From assembly GCA_963677485.1 (NCBI GenBank), contig OY781964.1, positions 3,040,001 through 3,104,000 on the forward strand: a DNA stretch of 64,000 nucleotides, written 5' to 3'. Source of the DNA: Armatimonadota bacterium (GTDB lineage Bacteria; Armatimonadota; HRBIN16). The translations under genes were made by a program, and so were the position numbers. Of the stretch, positions 53,468-64,000 are shown one piece after another. The notes below the pieces were generated by a model. The model saw nothing but the letters and a program-made list of their open reading frames with translations, ran no database searches and was not told the DNA's origin. Each line of letters opens with the position of its first letter. Position 1 is the stretch's first letter.

Positions 53468-55505
53468 TTACTTCTTCGCAGCTTCGTAGATCGACTTCAT
53501 CTTCCAGGAGGTGACGCGCTTGACTGCAATCTGCCCACCTTGGCTGAACAGGCTGATGCCCACATCCTCCGGTTTGTGCGCTTGCATCACCACGACCGCC
53601 TGACGGTCATTCGCAAAAACCTCCACCATGCCTTTATCGAGGAAGATGCTCAGTTTAGTCACTTCACCCTTCTTGAGCTCAAGCGGCGCGACCGTCTCAC
53701 CGACTACCAGCGTTTTGTCCGCAGGCTTGATCGTGATGGGCAAGCCGTGCCCCTGAGCATCGCAGAATACCTGAACACCGTATTCCGCGGCACTGCCGGG
53801 CTGTATGGTAAGGTTCAGCTCGATGGTGTCTCCGCTGATCTTTTGCAGCATCTGCGTGTTGTTGCTGACCGTGATGTTCTCTTCACGCTTTCCATCGTAG
53901 CGAAGCACCTTAAGCTCGCGAAGCGGTTTGATCCGAAGCACGCCATCCCGAGGCAAACTGAGCTCACGCGGCAGCGACTGCACCCCGGTCTGAGCGGCCG
54001 GTAGAACACACCACGCCCACATCACACGCCGGCCATCAGGCGTGAGCACGCTTTCTGGTGCGAAAAAGTCCAGACCATGCCAGTTCATGCGAGCATGGAA
54101 ATCCGGCACAAACTTCTCGTTCTTCCACTCTCCCAGATAGTATCGGCAGCCTTTGGTGTGGCTGATGCACAGCAGCATGTGCTTGTTGCCGATCTTGAAG
54201 AAGTTGGGGCACGAGACGTCCTCGTGGCTCTCCACATCCGGCATCTCGTGATCAAGAAACAGCCCCAGATACTCCCAGCTCTTCATGTCGGCGGACTTGA
54301 AGAGTGTTGGGGGTTTGCCGCTGCCAGGGGTGCCGCCGGAGAGCGCGTAGTAGCTGCCGTTGTCTACCCAGGCGTCCGGGTCCCAGTTCGCGATCTGGCT
54401 GCCGTCCTGGTCCGGCCGGACGATCGGCTCCAGCGCCACGGGTTTGCTCCATTGCTCCAACTGGTCATCCTGTGCGATGGCGATCTGGTTCCGATTCGAG
54501 CCTTGGCCATGGTAGATGATGGCTGGCTTGCCCTCTTTGGTAAAAAAGCCCGTTCCGCTGAACATACCGTGTCCGGTAAACTCCGGGGTGAGGGTGGTCT
54601 TGTGCCACGTCCAGTGCACCAGATCGGTGCTGGAGACATGCGCAAAGCAGAAGCCGCCCAGTGCGTAGATATAGTGCAGGTGATACTGACCCTTCCAGTA
54701 GAATGCGCAGTTGGGGTCGCCCGGGTTAGCCGCACCAGGACCGGGATGTGCCAGATGGTAGCTCAGCCATGTGGGATCCGGGTTGGCTGGCATTTTGGGT
54801 GTGACGACCTCACTGAAGTCATAGCTGGCAGCGATCATGGCGGCCGTCGGGGTATGGAGTTCCAGGCATCCGCCCCTGATTTTTGCCCCACCGCTCAGGT
54901 TATTCACCGGTAAATGGTTCATGCGGTCGGTTTCTTGCCCCTTTTCGAATGTCCACCAGCCGTAGGGCTCAATCGGTGAGGCTTGGTCAGGTGCCAGGGC
55001 TTTGATCTCATCAGCGGTCAAGGCTTGGCGATATACCCGGGCTTCTTCAATGGAGCCTTGCAGGTGCTGCCCGGTGGAGCTGTTCCAGTGGCGCAATCCA
55101 AACACCGCCATCTTGTCGGGGCTACTCAGAAGGTCGATGTTCTCCGCTTCATATTGGGTTGTGAGCTCACCATTACGATAGATGCGTATTTGACGGCCTT
55201 CATATACCACGGCCATTTGGATCAGCGTGTGATCGTCCGATGTCTCCACAGGGTTTGCCTGCTGATCAGCTTGCGTGCGTGCCCACATGTGGCTGCCGGC
55301 CATCCATTTACCGACGGCTTTTTCGCCAAACACGATCCCATCGAACTGATCACCAACTTGAACGGTCAGTGCACTGCCGCCCAGCTGCGTGATGTTATCA
55401 AGGCGGACCCAGGAGACCAGCGTCTTGCCTATGCCGGCAAAGGCCGGATTGCAGAATGATTAGGAATACCAGTGCGACGATTAACACGACCATCAAATGA
55501 TGCAT
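53468..55505 (-). pseudogene. GH32 glycoside hydrolase with a LamG-like N-domain; one extra base in the signal peptide (pseudogene or sequencing error)
   Basis: GDPN, WDPDAW, SCPNFF, FFAPES, VEVFANDR. From ATG 55505 to the stop is 2038 nt (3n+1). The catalytic frame is open upstream of 55333 until a TAA at ~55460. Confidence 0.75.
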
Positions 55506-55722
55506 ATTTGCCCCCGTGTCGCCCTTGTTTGCTGTGAGTTGTGGCGACCTCATTACAGCTATTGTGCCAGAACGGGTTTGTTTATGCTACAACATACGCC
55601 TTACGTTCGTAGGGATGGCCCTTGTGGTCATCCGCCAGATTGTTTTGACCAAGACAATATTCCCATCTCGGGGCAACAGGTCGGTGGCCGCCTTGGTTTT
55701 CGGACGGCCACAAGGACCGTCC

Positions 55723-57903
55723 CTACATTCTAGCCGCCACATACTCAATCACCAGCTTCGGACGCATGGCCGTATCGGGGTAGTGCCCGGAGGCCAGCAC
55801 CATCCATTCCGGCACGCCGTTGCGGTTGCTGGGGTAGGTGAAGCGCATCCGAAACTGCGTCAGCCCATCACGGTTGAGCAGCGGCAGCGCATGGGCACGC
55901 AACTGGGAGTATCCAGTCAAACCATCGCGCCACACAATGATCATGCTGCCAGCATCCAGCACGTCAGGCTTGGCTTGATAATCTACGGCATCTAACCCGA
56001 TCGATGGGCCGAAGGACCCCTGCTTAAGGTCAATACGGCACTTATTGCCCCACTCAGGAAGCCATTGCCAGGGTGTGATCCATGGGCTCTTGGGATCGCC
56101 CTGGTTGCTCACGCGGCTTACCATTAGGGTGGCAGACTGGATTTGGGCCCCTTCGGGAATCACGGAGGTATCAAACGACAGTATCAGCCGTGAGGCGCGG
56201 TTGGACACATCGTCACCAAACAGCATCGTGGCACCGATAGGGGAGGGCATTCCGCCTTTGCCGTTGCCCGCTAGATCTTCCCATATGTGCCCGGTCTGAT
56301 CGGGTACGCAAGGAATCTCCAGGCGCACAGCCAGCGGTTTCGCCTTCACGATGGGCAACACCGCGGATTTGCTTTCGGTCTGCCTTAGGGAACTTATCTG
56401 TGCGGTGTCGCCGCTCAGCCGAAGCTGCCTGATCACACCCTGGGCTCCGAGTTTTCGCAGCTCCAGCCAGTTTATGCCCAGGTTCAGGGTCGCGGTCACG
56501 GGTTTTCCAGGCTGCCAACTGCTGTTCGTCTCCGTCAGCCACTGCAGCTTCACGCTGGCCTTCTTCCTGGCAGTGATGCCGATATACCCAGGCATGGCGG
56601 TGCCGAAGAAGCTTCGCGGCGACACCACCCAGCCGGCCTGCTTGCGCCACGAAGCCAGACTGCTCCACGACACCGGCAGGTTCCACACCTCACGAAGCTG
56701 CCCCAGGCGGTTGGATTTGTCTGAATGGTTCATCCCATCGGCTTGGTCGCTGAAGTAGCCGCGTCCATCCCGCTTATACAGCCTGTTGTTGCGCAGCACA
56801 GCCAGGTTTTTAGGGTCACCGCAGACGAGTTCGTAGTTGTCGTGCGAGTGCGCCGGGCCGCGCGCATTACCGACAAACACGTTGTCCACTAAGCTTACGT
56901 TGCGGCTGGGGCCCTCGGTGCTCAGCATGATCAGCCCTGCTGCGTCGTTCTCTCGGAACAGGCACCGCTGCACGGTGATGCCCTCGCAGTTTCCGTCGAT
57001 ATCCAGCCCTTCGCCATCGCCGCTTTCGTAGCGGTTGGTGCTGCTGAACTCACTGTCCTCAACGCGCACATTCACGGAGCTGCCCAGGAACAGGCTGCAG
57101 GCACCATACCAGTTAGCCCCTCCTCCTTCACGCGAGACGATGTGCCGGATGCGGCCATTGGTGATGCCTGTCGCGGCAAAGATTCCGTAGCCGCAGCGGG
57201 TGGCCACGCACTCCTCCATCGTCACATTCATCAGCCGTGAGCGGTTGGGGCGAGGGAAGAAGAAAGCTGAGTAAAACCCAGATCCACCCAGATCAGTAAA
57301 ACTGCACTGTTTTACATGAACACCGTCTATGACCGTACCCTTGTCACCGACTTTCCCGCCGACAAACACGCCCGCACTCCAGGCGATCTCCAGTTCGTTA
57401 TGAGGCAGCACCGGATTGGCGGTGTTGTCCAGCATATCGCGGAAATCGCATCGCGCGACCGTCACCGAGCGGTTCCCCAGGCTTTTCTCGTAGCGAAGAT
57501 ACAAGCCAATCTTGGCATGCTGCATCTGCAGGTCGGTGATGGTCCAGTAACATGGGTTCTCAATCTGCACGCATCGGTCCAGAACGTAGCTCTTGCGCTG
57601 GATGATCGGCTTCGCACCTTTTCCGTAGGCACCAAGGTGGATCAGCTTCTGTGCGGTGCCCTTGCCGCGCAGATGCAGCGTCTGGTTCCAGGTGTCACCG
57701 CGTTTGAGCATCACCTGATCGCCGGGCTGCAGCGTCATCGCGTTCAGCCTGGCAAAGCCCTTCCAAGCCGTCGCCACAGTCAGACCGCTGCGGGCATCAC
57801 TGCCGCTGCTGGAGCTGACATAGTAGTCCATGGCGAATGCGGCAGGAGCGCATAGCGCCAGTGCGGCGATCATCAAGCAAAACCGGCGTGCGGATACCAT
57901 CAT
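55723..57903 (-). CDS. Secreted right-handed beta-helix protein with a C-terminal accessory beta domain
   Basis: YYVSSSSGSD...G.....AW, LQPGD.V.LKRG, DGEGLDID; ends RPKLVIEY. Confidence 0.75.
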   Translation of the reverse strand: MMVSARRFCLMIAALALCAPAAFAMDYYVSSSSGSDARSGLTVATAWKGFARLNAMTLQPGDQVMLKRGDTWNQTLHLRGKGTAQKLIHLGAYGKGAKPIIQRKSYVLDRCVQIENPCYWTITDLQMQHAKIGLYLRYEKSLGNRSVTVARCDFRDMLDNTANPVLPHNELEIAWSAGVFVGGKVGDKGTVIDGVHVKQCSFTDLGGSGFYSAFFFPRPNRSRLMNVTMEECVATRCGYGIFAATGITNGRIRHIVSREGGGANWYGACSLFLGSSVNVRVEDSEFSSTNRYESGDGEGLDIDGNCEGITVQRCLFRENDAAGLIMLSTEGPSRNVSLVDNVFVGNARGPAHSHDNYELVCGDPKNLAVLRNNRLYKRDGRGYFSDQADGMNHSDKSNRLGQLREVWNLPVSWSSLASWRKQAGWVVSPRSFFGTAMPGYIGITARKKASVKLQWLTETNSSWQPGKPVTATLNLGINWLELRKLGAQGVIRQLRLSGDTAQISSLRQTESKSAVLPIVKAKPLAVRLEIPCVPDQTGHIWEDLAGNGKGGMPSPIGATMLFGDDVSNRASRLILSFDTSVIPEGAQIQSATLMVSRVSNQGDPKSPWITPWQWLPEWGNKCRIDLKQGSFGPSIGLDAVDYQAKPDVLDAGSMIIVWRDGLTGYSQLRAHALPLLNRDGLTQFRMRFTYPSNRNGVPEWMVLASGHYPDTAMRPKLVIEYVAARM

Positions 57904-58043
57904 AGTTACCTCTGTAGCGATGAAACTTGGTTTGGCGAAACTTGGATACCTTTTGTGAACTTCGGAACACGTAAATGATACTGGCTTTCAGATTAACTGC
58001 CGAAAACATCGCCTACTACCTTTGCATCTCGGGGCCGATATGT

Positions 58044-58073
58044 AAAAAGAGGGCAGCTCGTGAAGAGCTGCCC
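58044..58073 (-). terminator. Intrinsic terminator of typA
   Basis: Minus strand GGGCAGCTC-ttcac-GAGCTGCCC-TCTTTTT. Confidence 0.8.
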
Positions 58074-58097
58074 ATCCGGTATCGAAACAGTTGGCGG

Positions 58098-59948
58098 TTA
58101 GCCGCCTTTGCGACGGCCGCTGACCAAACGCTCGGTGGTGTTCAACACACGCTTGCGGAACCGTAGTGCCTCTGGCGTGACCTCCAGCAGCTCATCATCC
58201 TTCAGGAAGCTGAGTGCCTGCTCCAACTGGAACTTCTTGGCGGGGATAATCATGACCGTGGCGTCCTTGGTGCTGCTGCGCACATTGGTCTTCTGACGCT
58301 CTTTGGTGATGTTGACCACCATGTCGTCCTCACGGCTGTTTTCGCCCACGATCATACCTTCATAGCACTCGTCACCAGGCGAAACAAACAGCATGGCGCG
58401 TTCCTGCATCGGCTCGATCATGTAAGCGGTGGCATGGCCACCCTCTTTGGAGATCAAACTGCCGTTCTGGCGGAACACGATGTCGCCACGGAATTTGTCA
58501 TAGCACTTGAATGTGTGCGACATAATGCCCAGTCCACGTGTCCAGCTCAGGAAGTCCGTTCGCAGTCCAATCAGGCCGCGGGTGGGGATATCAAAGATGA
58601 CGCGGTTGCTGCCGCCCTCATCTTTGCCCATCCAGGTGATTTCACCCTTGCGGCGAGATATCTGCTCGATGATCATACCGAGGGCCTCGTCATGCACGTC
58701 GACGGTCAGCTCTTCGATCGGTTCGCACAGTTCGCCGTCAATCTCTTTGGTGATGGCGCGGGGTCGGCTGGCCATCACTTCGAAGCCTTCGCGGCGCATG
58801 GTCTCCAGCAAAATCGCAAGCTGCAGCTCGCCACGGCCCGCCACGTTGATTGAGTCTGGCTGGTCGGTCTCCGACACTCGGAGGCTGATGTTGGTGCGGC
58901 ATTCGCGAATTAACCGTGCGCTCAGGTTGCGCATCATGAGGTATTTACCGCTGCGTCCGGCCCATGGGCCGTTGTTCACGATAAAGTCCATGCTGACGGT
59001 CGGCTCGTCGATCTCGATCAGCGGCAGCACTTCCTGGCAATTCGGGTCGGTAATAGTGCAGCCGATCTGAATGTCTTCCATACCGGCTATCAGCACGATA
59101 TCGCCTGCCTCTGCGACATCGACATCGGTGCGCTTCAGACCATGGTAGCCGAAGATGCGTGTGATCTGGAAGTTTTCGGTGCTGCCGTCACGTTTGGTGA
59201 CGGTGACGACCTCACCCTTGCGGGCACGGCCACGGAGCACCTTGCCGCCAAACAGACGCCCGATGTAGTCATCGTAGTCCAGGTTGGTGACTTGTATCTG
59301 GAAGGGGCCGTCAAGGTCGCCCACAGGTGCTGGCACATACTTCATGATCATGTCAAACAGCGGTTGGATGTCCACGGGCACATCTTCTGGCTTGTTGACT
59401 GCATATCCCAGCGTGGCAGATGCAAAAATGTAGGGGAAATCGAGTGCTTCGGCATCGCATCCCAGTTCAATGAACAGGTCCAGAACCTCGTCGATCACCT
59501 CGTATGGGCGTGCACCAGGGCGGTCGATCTTGTTGACTACCACGATGGGCTTCAGCTTTTGGGCGAGTGCCTTTTTGAGCACGAAGCGCGTTTGGGGCAT
59601 GGTGCCTTCACAGGCGTCCACCAGCAGCAGCACACCGTCCACGCAGCGCAGAATCCGCTCTACTTCGCCGCCAAAGTCGCTGTGACCTGGGGTGTCCACG
59701 ATGTTGATCTTCGTGTCATGCACCAGCACGCTGGTCACTTTACTTAGGATCGTGATGCCTTTTTCGCGCTCCAGATCGTTGCTGTCCATGACGCGCTCTT
59801 CCACAACCTGGTTGAGTCGGAAGGTGCCGGACTGACGGAGTATGGCATCAAGAAGGGTAGTTTTGCCGTGGTCTACGTGGGCGATGATGGCGATATTTCG
59901 GATATCTTCGCGAACGATGGTTTTCTCAGATGGTGTTGGGGCTGACAT
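58098..59948 (-). CDS. typA: Translational GTPase TypA/BipA
   Basis: IAHVDHGKTT, DTPGHSDFGGEVER, GRGELQL, RREGFE, EVTP. Confidence 0.97.
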   Translation of the reverse strand: MSAPTPSEKTIVREDIRNIAIIAHVDHGKTTLLDAILRQSGTFRLNQVVEERVMDSNDLEREKGITILSKVTSVLVHDTKINIVDTPGHSDFGGEVERILRCVDGVLLLVDACEGTMPQTRFVLKKALAQKLKPIVVVNKIDRPGARPYEVIDEVLDLFIELGCDAEALDFPYIFASATLGYAVNKPEDVPVDIQPLFDMIMKYVPAPVGDLDGPFQIQVTNLDYDDYIGRLFGGKVLRGRARKGEVVTVTKRDGSTENFQITRIFGYHGLKRTDVDVAEAGDIVLIAGMEDIQIGCTITDPNCQEVLPLIEIDEPTVSMDFIVNNGPWAGRSGKYLMMRNLSARLIRECRTNISLRVSETDQPDSINVAGRGELQLAILLETMRREGFEVMASRPRAITKEIDGELCEPIEELTVDVHDEALGMIIEQISRRKGEITWMGKDEGGSNRVIFDIPTRGLIGLRTDFLSWTRGLGIMSHTFKCYDKFRGDIVFRQNGSLISKEGGHATAYMIEPMQERAMLFVSPGDECYEGMIVGENSREDDMVVNITKERQKTNVRSSTKDATVMIIPAKKFQLEQALSFLKDDELLEVTPEALRFRKRVLNTTERLVSGRRKGG

Positions 59949-60315
59949 GGGTCTCCTTAGGCTGAAATAGCAGGCAGCATGTTTGTATACAGTTTAGTAC
60001 CAGATACATTGTAACAGACGAGGCCTGCCATTGCCGGATTTGAGCACGGATAGCGATTTGGGGGGCGGTGGTAAACGGGTGAATCGGCATGTGAGCTGGT
60101 ATGAATACTAGGCTTGAATGGTCTGAACCGCGGATGACACGGATGGCGCGGAGGCGACTTAACGCTATGACGCCAAGTGGCAAAGGCCGCAAGGGTATTT
60201 GACCGCGCCGGTTTCTCGGTACACTAACGACCGCTGTGCAGCCCATCTCCGGCGCGGTCTGGCGGATAGCCAGTTACCTTTACCTCACCGACGCGACGAT
60301 TACCCGCAAATCAAT

Positions 60316-60501
60316 GCCGCGCCCTGAAGGACGGCGGCTTATTAACCGGTAAGCCGGCTGGAAGCCGGCTGCAGGCATGAAATCTGGTTTGAGAACGTGT
60401 AGAAACGGTGAGGTATGGTGTCTTTGCACTTGGTGTCTCGGTATTTCAGACGTCTTTAGACGGCTTTTCGGATAAGAAGCCGCCGTCCTTCAGGGCGCGG
60501 C
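60316..60501. repeat. 25-bp perfect inverted repeat pair (REP/MITE-like)
   Basis: GCCGCGCCCTGAAGGACGGCGGCTT ... AAGCCGCCGTCCTTCAGGGCGCGGC. Confidence 0.75.
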
Positions 60502-60641
60502 GTAAGTTGGGGGCAATATACTACCTTCCTGACCTCGCACCCTGGATCGGAACTTAACGAAAGACCGGCCCGGAAAGGGAAAACCGGGCTGGTCGATCAT
60601 GCTTGGGGCGGTCGCACGCCCCGCCCGAATACCAACCGACG

Positions 60642-61157
60642 CTACAATGTCCGCTGCAGCCGCACCATGTCATACATGTTTTTGCCGACCTTCACCTTGC
60701 CTTCACCAACGGACACAAACTTGTGGTGTTTGAAGAACTCCATCGCTTTAGTGTTCTCTTTGAAGACATCTACTGTCACATTAGTGCTCATAGGAAATGC
60801 TTCCGTGGCGGCCTCATACAGGTGAGTGCCCCAGCCATCGCCCTGGTGCGCGGGGTCTACATACAGTGCCGCCAGCTTACGACCGCCGCCACCCTCTTCG
60901 ATCATGAGTGCGAAACCTACGATGCCAATCTCCGGTGCGTCCACCACCCCAAGGTAGTAACTGCTGTCCTGCATCCACTTCAAAAACTGAGCTTCCGTCA
61001 GCCGCAGCCAGGGGATAGCGGGCAGATCCTCGGCCCCAATCACACGGGCGTTAGCATCAAGAAATGAGGCCTTCACAACCTCAATTACCTTTGGAATGTC
61101 GCTCTCGTTCAACTCACGGATGCAACGGTCATTGTAAAGCATGGAAGGGTCCATCAT
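60642..61157 (-). CDS. GNAT family N-acetyltransferase
   Basis: ALYVDPAHQGDGWG acetyl-CoA motif; N..A..FF...F; GGAGG RBS. Confidence 0.85.
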   Translation of the reverse strand: MMDPSMLYNDRCIRELNESDIPKVIEVVKASFLDANARVIGAEDLPAIPWLRLTEAQFLKWMQDSSYYLGVVDAPEIGIVGFALMIEEGGGGRKLAALYVDPAHQGDGWGTHLYEAATEAFPMSTNVTVDVFKENTKAMEFFKHHKFVSVGEGKVKVGKNMYDMVRLQRTL

Positions 61158-61323
61158 CTACCTCCGGGTAGTGCCACGGTTGTTGTGGCTTAATTATACC
61201 CAGAGATTGTACTAGTATGAGCACTATTTTAACGGATTTCAAGCAGATTTCAGAATGCGTTGGATTGAGGCGTTGAAGGCGGGGTCTTGGACTGGTATGA
61301 TATGTAGGATATGTAGGACCGCG

Positions 61324-62397
61324 TTATACGATTTCCCCTCCCGCCTCCTGACTTCTTTCTCCTTTCTCCTCCCTGAATAAGCCTGCCATGCGGGCATCAA
61401 GCCAGCTCCAGAACGGCTCATCAAACGCCATGTGTATTGCCAGGGCGTAGATCGGCAGATCATCGCAGTCGGCTGGCAGCTTCACCATATCCTTCTGTGT
61501 ACAAATCATCGCTTCACAGCCAGCAGCCTCAGTGTCAAGCCAAAGCTGCCTTAGCTGCGCCGTGGTGATGGCCTGGTGATCACCCAACCGGCGGCGGATT
61601 TTCAACACAGCACCGAGTTGAATCAAGCTCTGCTCAAACTGCTCAGGGTGGCCCAGCCCGCTGAAGCAGCCCACGTTCCGTCCCTGCAGCCATTCGGCCG
61701 CTACGGAAGCACCATGAGCATCCCTCAGGCATGAAGCACGGCGGGTGCCGGTGAACTTGGGCAAGCCAATCCGTTTAACCGGCTTGAGAGACATCTGCTG
61801 ACCATCGCTACCGGTCAGCACCAGCGCATCAGCTCGGTGCAGGTGGGAAATAGGCTCTCGCAGGTTACCGGCGGGCAAGGGCCAGCCTCCCTCAAACGGA
61901 TCCGCGCCGTTCAACAGCACGATGTCGAGATCACGTTGTAGCTGGTAATACTGAAACCCGTCGTCGAGCAGCAGCAACTGGGGATGGAAGCGGTCGATGG
62001 CGGCTTGGCCCGTGATGCGGCGGTCGCGCCCCACCAGCAGCGGCACCTCTGGCAGGCTTTGTGCGATGAGGTAGGGTTCATCGCCGCTCTGATCGGGTGT
62101 GAGAAGTATGCTCTGGCCATCGGATACCACCGCATAATCACCAGTGATGTGCCCGCCATGGCCGCGACTCAAAATGGCCACCTTGATCCCGCGTTCGACG
62201 AAATGCCGGGCGATGCTGATCACAGCCGGCGTTTTACCGGTGCCTCCACAACTGATGTTGCCGATGCACACCACCGGGACGGAAAGCCTCTGACGCCGGG
62301 GCAACCGCCAGGCCAGATAGAGTTCCAACCCCGCCGCATATAACAGCGAGAGGGGCCAAAATGCGATCAGGCGGATGAGTTTAGCTAGACCGTTCAC
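61324..62397 (-). CDS. lpxK: Tetraacyldisaccharide 4'-kinase
   Basis: VVCIGNISCGGTGKTP, LSRGHG, GDEP, LDDGFQ, PAGNLRE, CTQKD.VK. Confidence 0.93.
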   Translation of the reverse strand: MNGLAKLIRLIAFWPLSLLYAAGLELYLAWRLPRRQRLSVPVVCIGNISCGGTGKTPAVISIARHFVERGIKVAILSRGHGGHITGDYAVVSDGQSILLTPDQSGDEPYLIAQSLPEVPLLVGRDRRITGQAAIDRFHPQLLLLDDGFQYYQLQRDLDIVLLNGADPFEGGWPLPAGNLREPISHLHRADALVLTGSDGQQMSLKPVKRIGLPKFTGTRRASCLRDAHGASVAAEWLQGRNVGCFSGLGHPEQFEQSLIQLGAVLKIRRRLGDHQAITTAQLRQLWLDTEAAGCEAMICTQKDMVKLPADCDDLPIYALAIHMAFDEPFWSWLDARMAGLFREEKGERSQEAGGEIV

Positions 62398-62492
62398 ATG
62401 GATCCACCAAAGTATGCAATTCCGTTGTAAGATATTGATAGCAGGCCGTTAAATGGCCTTCTCATTATAACTTTCTTCAGAGGTGTATCACG

Positions 62493-62777
62493 ATGAGCGA
62501 GCAGGATTTTGAACAGCAAGCTATTGAGTTGCGTCGCAAACTGGTGGCCTGGAATAAATTCCGCAGAGGAAGTCTATCTAGACTGAACCATGATGCACGT
62601 GGGCCTCTCACCTCGATATTGGGTTTCGCCGAGTTGCTGGAAGATGATTCATCCGCCAATGACACTTTGAAGCTATACGCTCAAAGGATCATTCAGTCGG
62701 CTGAGAAACTAGAAACCATGCTTCTGGATTTCAGTGATGAGCTGAAAGAATACCCGCCAGACCCATCACTGGACTAA
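62493..62777 (+). CDS. Stand-alone HisKA (DHp) domain protein
   Basis: NHDARGPLTSILGFAELL H-box helix pair; GAGG RBS; no ATPase domain. Confidence 0.75.
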   Translation: MSEQDFEQQAIELRRKLVAWNKFRRGSLSRLNHDARGPLTSILGFAELLEDDSSANDTLKLYAQRIIQSAEKLETMLLDFSDELKEYPPDPSLD

Positions 62778-62789
62778 AATAGACTACAT

Positions 62790-63725
62790 ATGGAATACGC
62801 CATCCAAACCCACGAGCTTACACGCTCGTTCGGCAGTCTGATCGCCCTCAACGACCTGAACCTTCAAGTGCCGCAAGGCACTGTGTTTGGGGTACTCGGT
62901 CCCAATGGGGCGGGCAAAACCACGATGATCCGCTTGTTATTGGGGCTGTTGCGCCCGACATCCGGCAAGGCTGAGGTGCTGGGGTATGACATCAGCACCC
63001 AATCCCACCAGATACGCCAGTACAGCAGTGCGCTGTTGGAGCATGATGGATTGTATGAACGGACCAGCGCTGAGCACAATCTGATGTTCTGGGGGCGAGC
63101 CTGCCGCATGAGCAGCAGCGAGATCCGCAGCAGGATACAGGTAGTGCTGGAGCTGTTCGGTTTGTATGAACGCCGTAAAGACATATTGGGCGAGTGGAGT
63201 CGCGGCATGAAACGCAAACTGGCCGTAGCCCGCGCACTGATGAACGAACCTAACCTGCTGTTCCTTGATGAACCGACGTCGGGGCTGGATCCGGTATCGG
63301 CGGCGGAGATGCGTCAGCACCTATCCGACATCGTCAACCAGCAAGGTGTGACGGTATTCCTCAACACCCACAATCTGGCGGAAGCGGAGCAACTTTGCCA
63401 GCAGATTGCCGTGCTGTCCAACGGATGTCTACTGGCTTGTGATACGCCCGAAAACATCCGGCGTAGTGCCAGCAGCAATGAGGTGCTGATCACCGGATCG
63501 GATTGGCCCGACATGGCCATGGTGCAAGATATCCCCGGTATCATCTCGCTCACACCGCACCCAAATGGACATCTGCAAGTCACACTGGAGCAGGGGGCTG
63601 TGGTGGCGCCGCTCATAAAAGAGCTGGTGATGGCTGGTGCCTCGATAGAAGAGGTGCGCCGCGATACCGCCAGCCTGGAACAGGCCTTGCTGACACTGGT
63701 GGAGGGTAAACCCAATGGTGCGTGA
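62790..63725 (+). CDS. ABC transporter ATP-binding protein (ABC-2/DrrA-like)
   Basis: GPNGAGKTT, WSRGMKRK, LDEPTSGLD. Confidence 0.92.
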   Translation: MEYAIQTHELTRSFGSLIALNDLNLQVPQGTVFGVLGPNGAGKTTMIRLLLGLLRPTSGKAEVLGYDISTQSHQIRQYSSALLEHDGLYERTSAEHNLMFWGRACRMSSSEIRSRIQVVLELFGLYERRKDILGEWSRGMKRKLAVARALMNEPNLLFLDEPTSGLDPVSAAEMRQHLSDIVNQQGVTVFLNTHNLAEAEQLCQQIAVLSNGCLLACDTPENIRRSASSNEVLITGSDWPDMAMVQDIPGIISLTPHPNGHLQVTLEQGAVVAPLIKELVMAGASIEEVRRDTASLEQALLTLVEGKPNGA

Positions 63726-64000
63726 TGTGCTCACAATGATTCAAAAGGAGATGTGGGAGTACTGGCAGATGCGGGGCAGCAAGGCACCCTGGAAGGGGCA
63801 CCTGTTCGCGATCATTTTGTTTTCCATATGGCCCGCCATGAGCGGTGCAATGTTGCTGGGCAGTCCCTGGTGCGCACTTATGTGGGCCTGGATAGTCACC
63901 CTCATGACGATGCCGTATGTGGCGGACAGCTTCGCCGGCGAGCGTGAGCGTCATACGATGGATACGCTGCTTTCGTCCAGACTGTCAGACGGGGCGATTG
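63715..64000 (+). CDS. ABC-2 type permease, 3'-truncated by the window edge
   Basis: MVRDVLTMIQKEMWE...ADSFAGERERHTMDTLLSS, read from ATG 63715. Confidence 0.8.
   Translation, partial: MVRDVLTMIQKEMWEYWQMRGSKAPWKGHLFAIILFSIWPAMSGAMLLGSPWCALMWAWIVTLMTMPYVADSFAGERERHTMDTLLSSRLSDGAI

Overview
Bacterial chromosomal window of moderate-to-high GC from a diderm (lpxK, TolC). The C-terminal dockerin-like tails suggest Armatimonadota; this is inferred from recall, not from a search. Left to right: the end of an IPT/TIG-repeat surface protein; a GH78 rhamnosidase; an OmpR/BaeS-type two-component pair divergent from a TolC-MacA-MacB-type ABC exporter with two LTxxQ Gly/Pro-rich paralogs; three tandem acyl-CoA ligases; a 14.7 kb array of six secreted RCC1-like beta-propeller proteins; a lipid kinase; a 168-bp palindromic tandem array; a stand-alone rpoBC; glycan and housekeeping genes (GH36-like, GDPD, Met/Cys lyase, maf, beta-helix proteins, frameshifted GH32, typA, GNAT, lpxK); a stand-alone HisKA protein; and an ABC transporter. 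The best candidate for an undescribed system is the propeller array. It has variable ~39-aa blades in counts of 14/21/14/20/14/14, a GC-richer constant dockerin-like tail that is nearly identical in five of six genes, and duplicated intergenic junctions, one of which now leads into an unrelated ORF. Intergenic DNA carries several REP/MITE-like palindrome families. No rRNA, tRNA, CRISPR array, transposase or reverse transcriptase was recognised.
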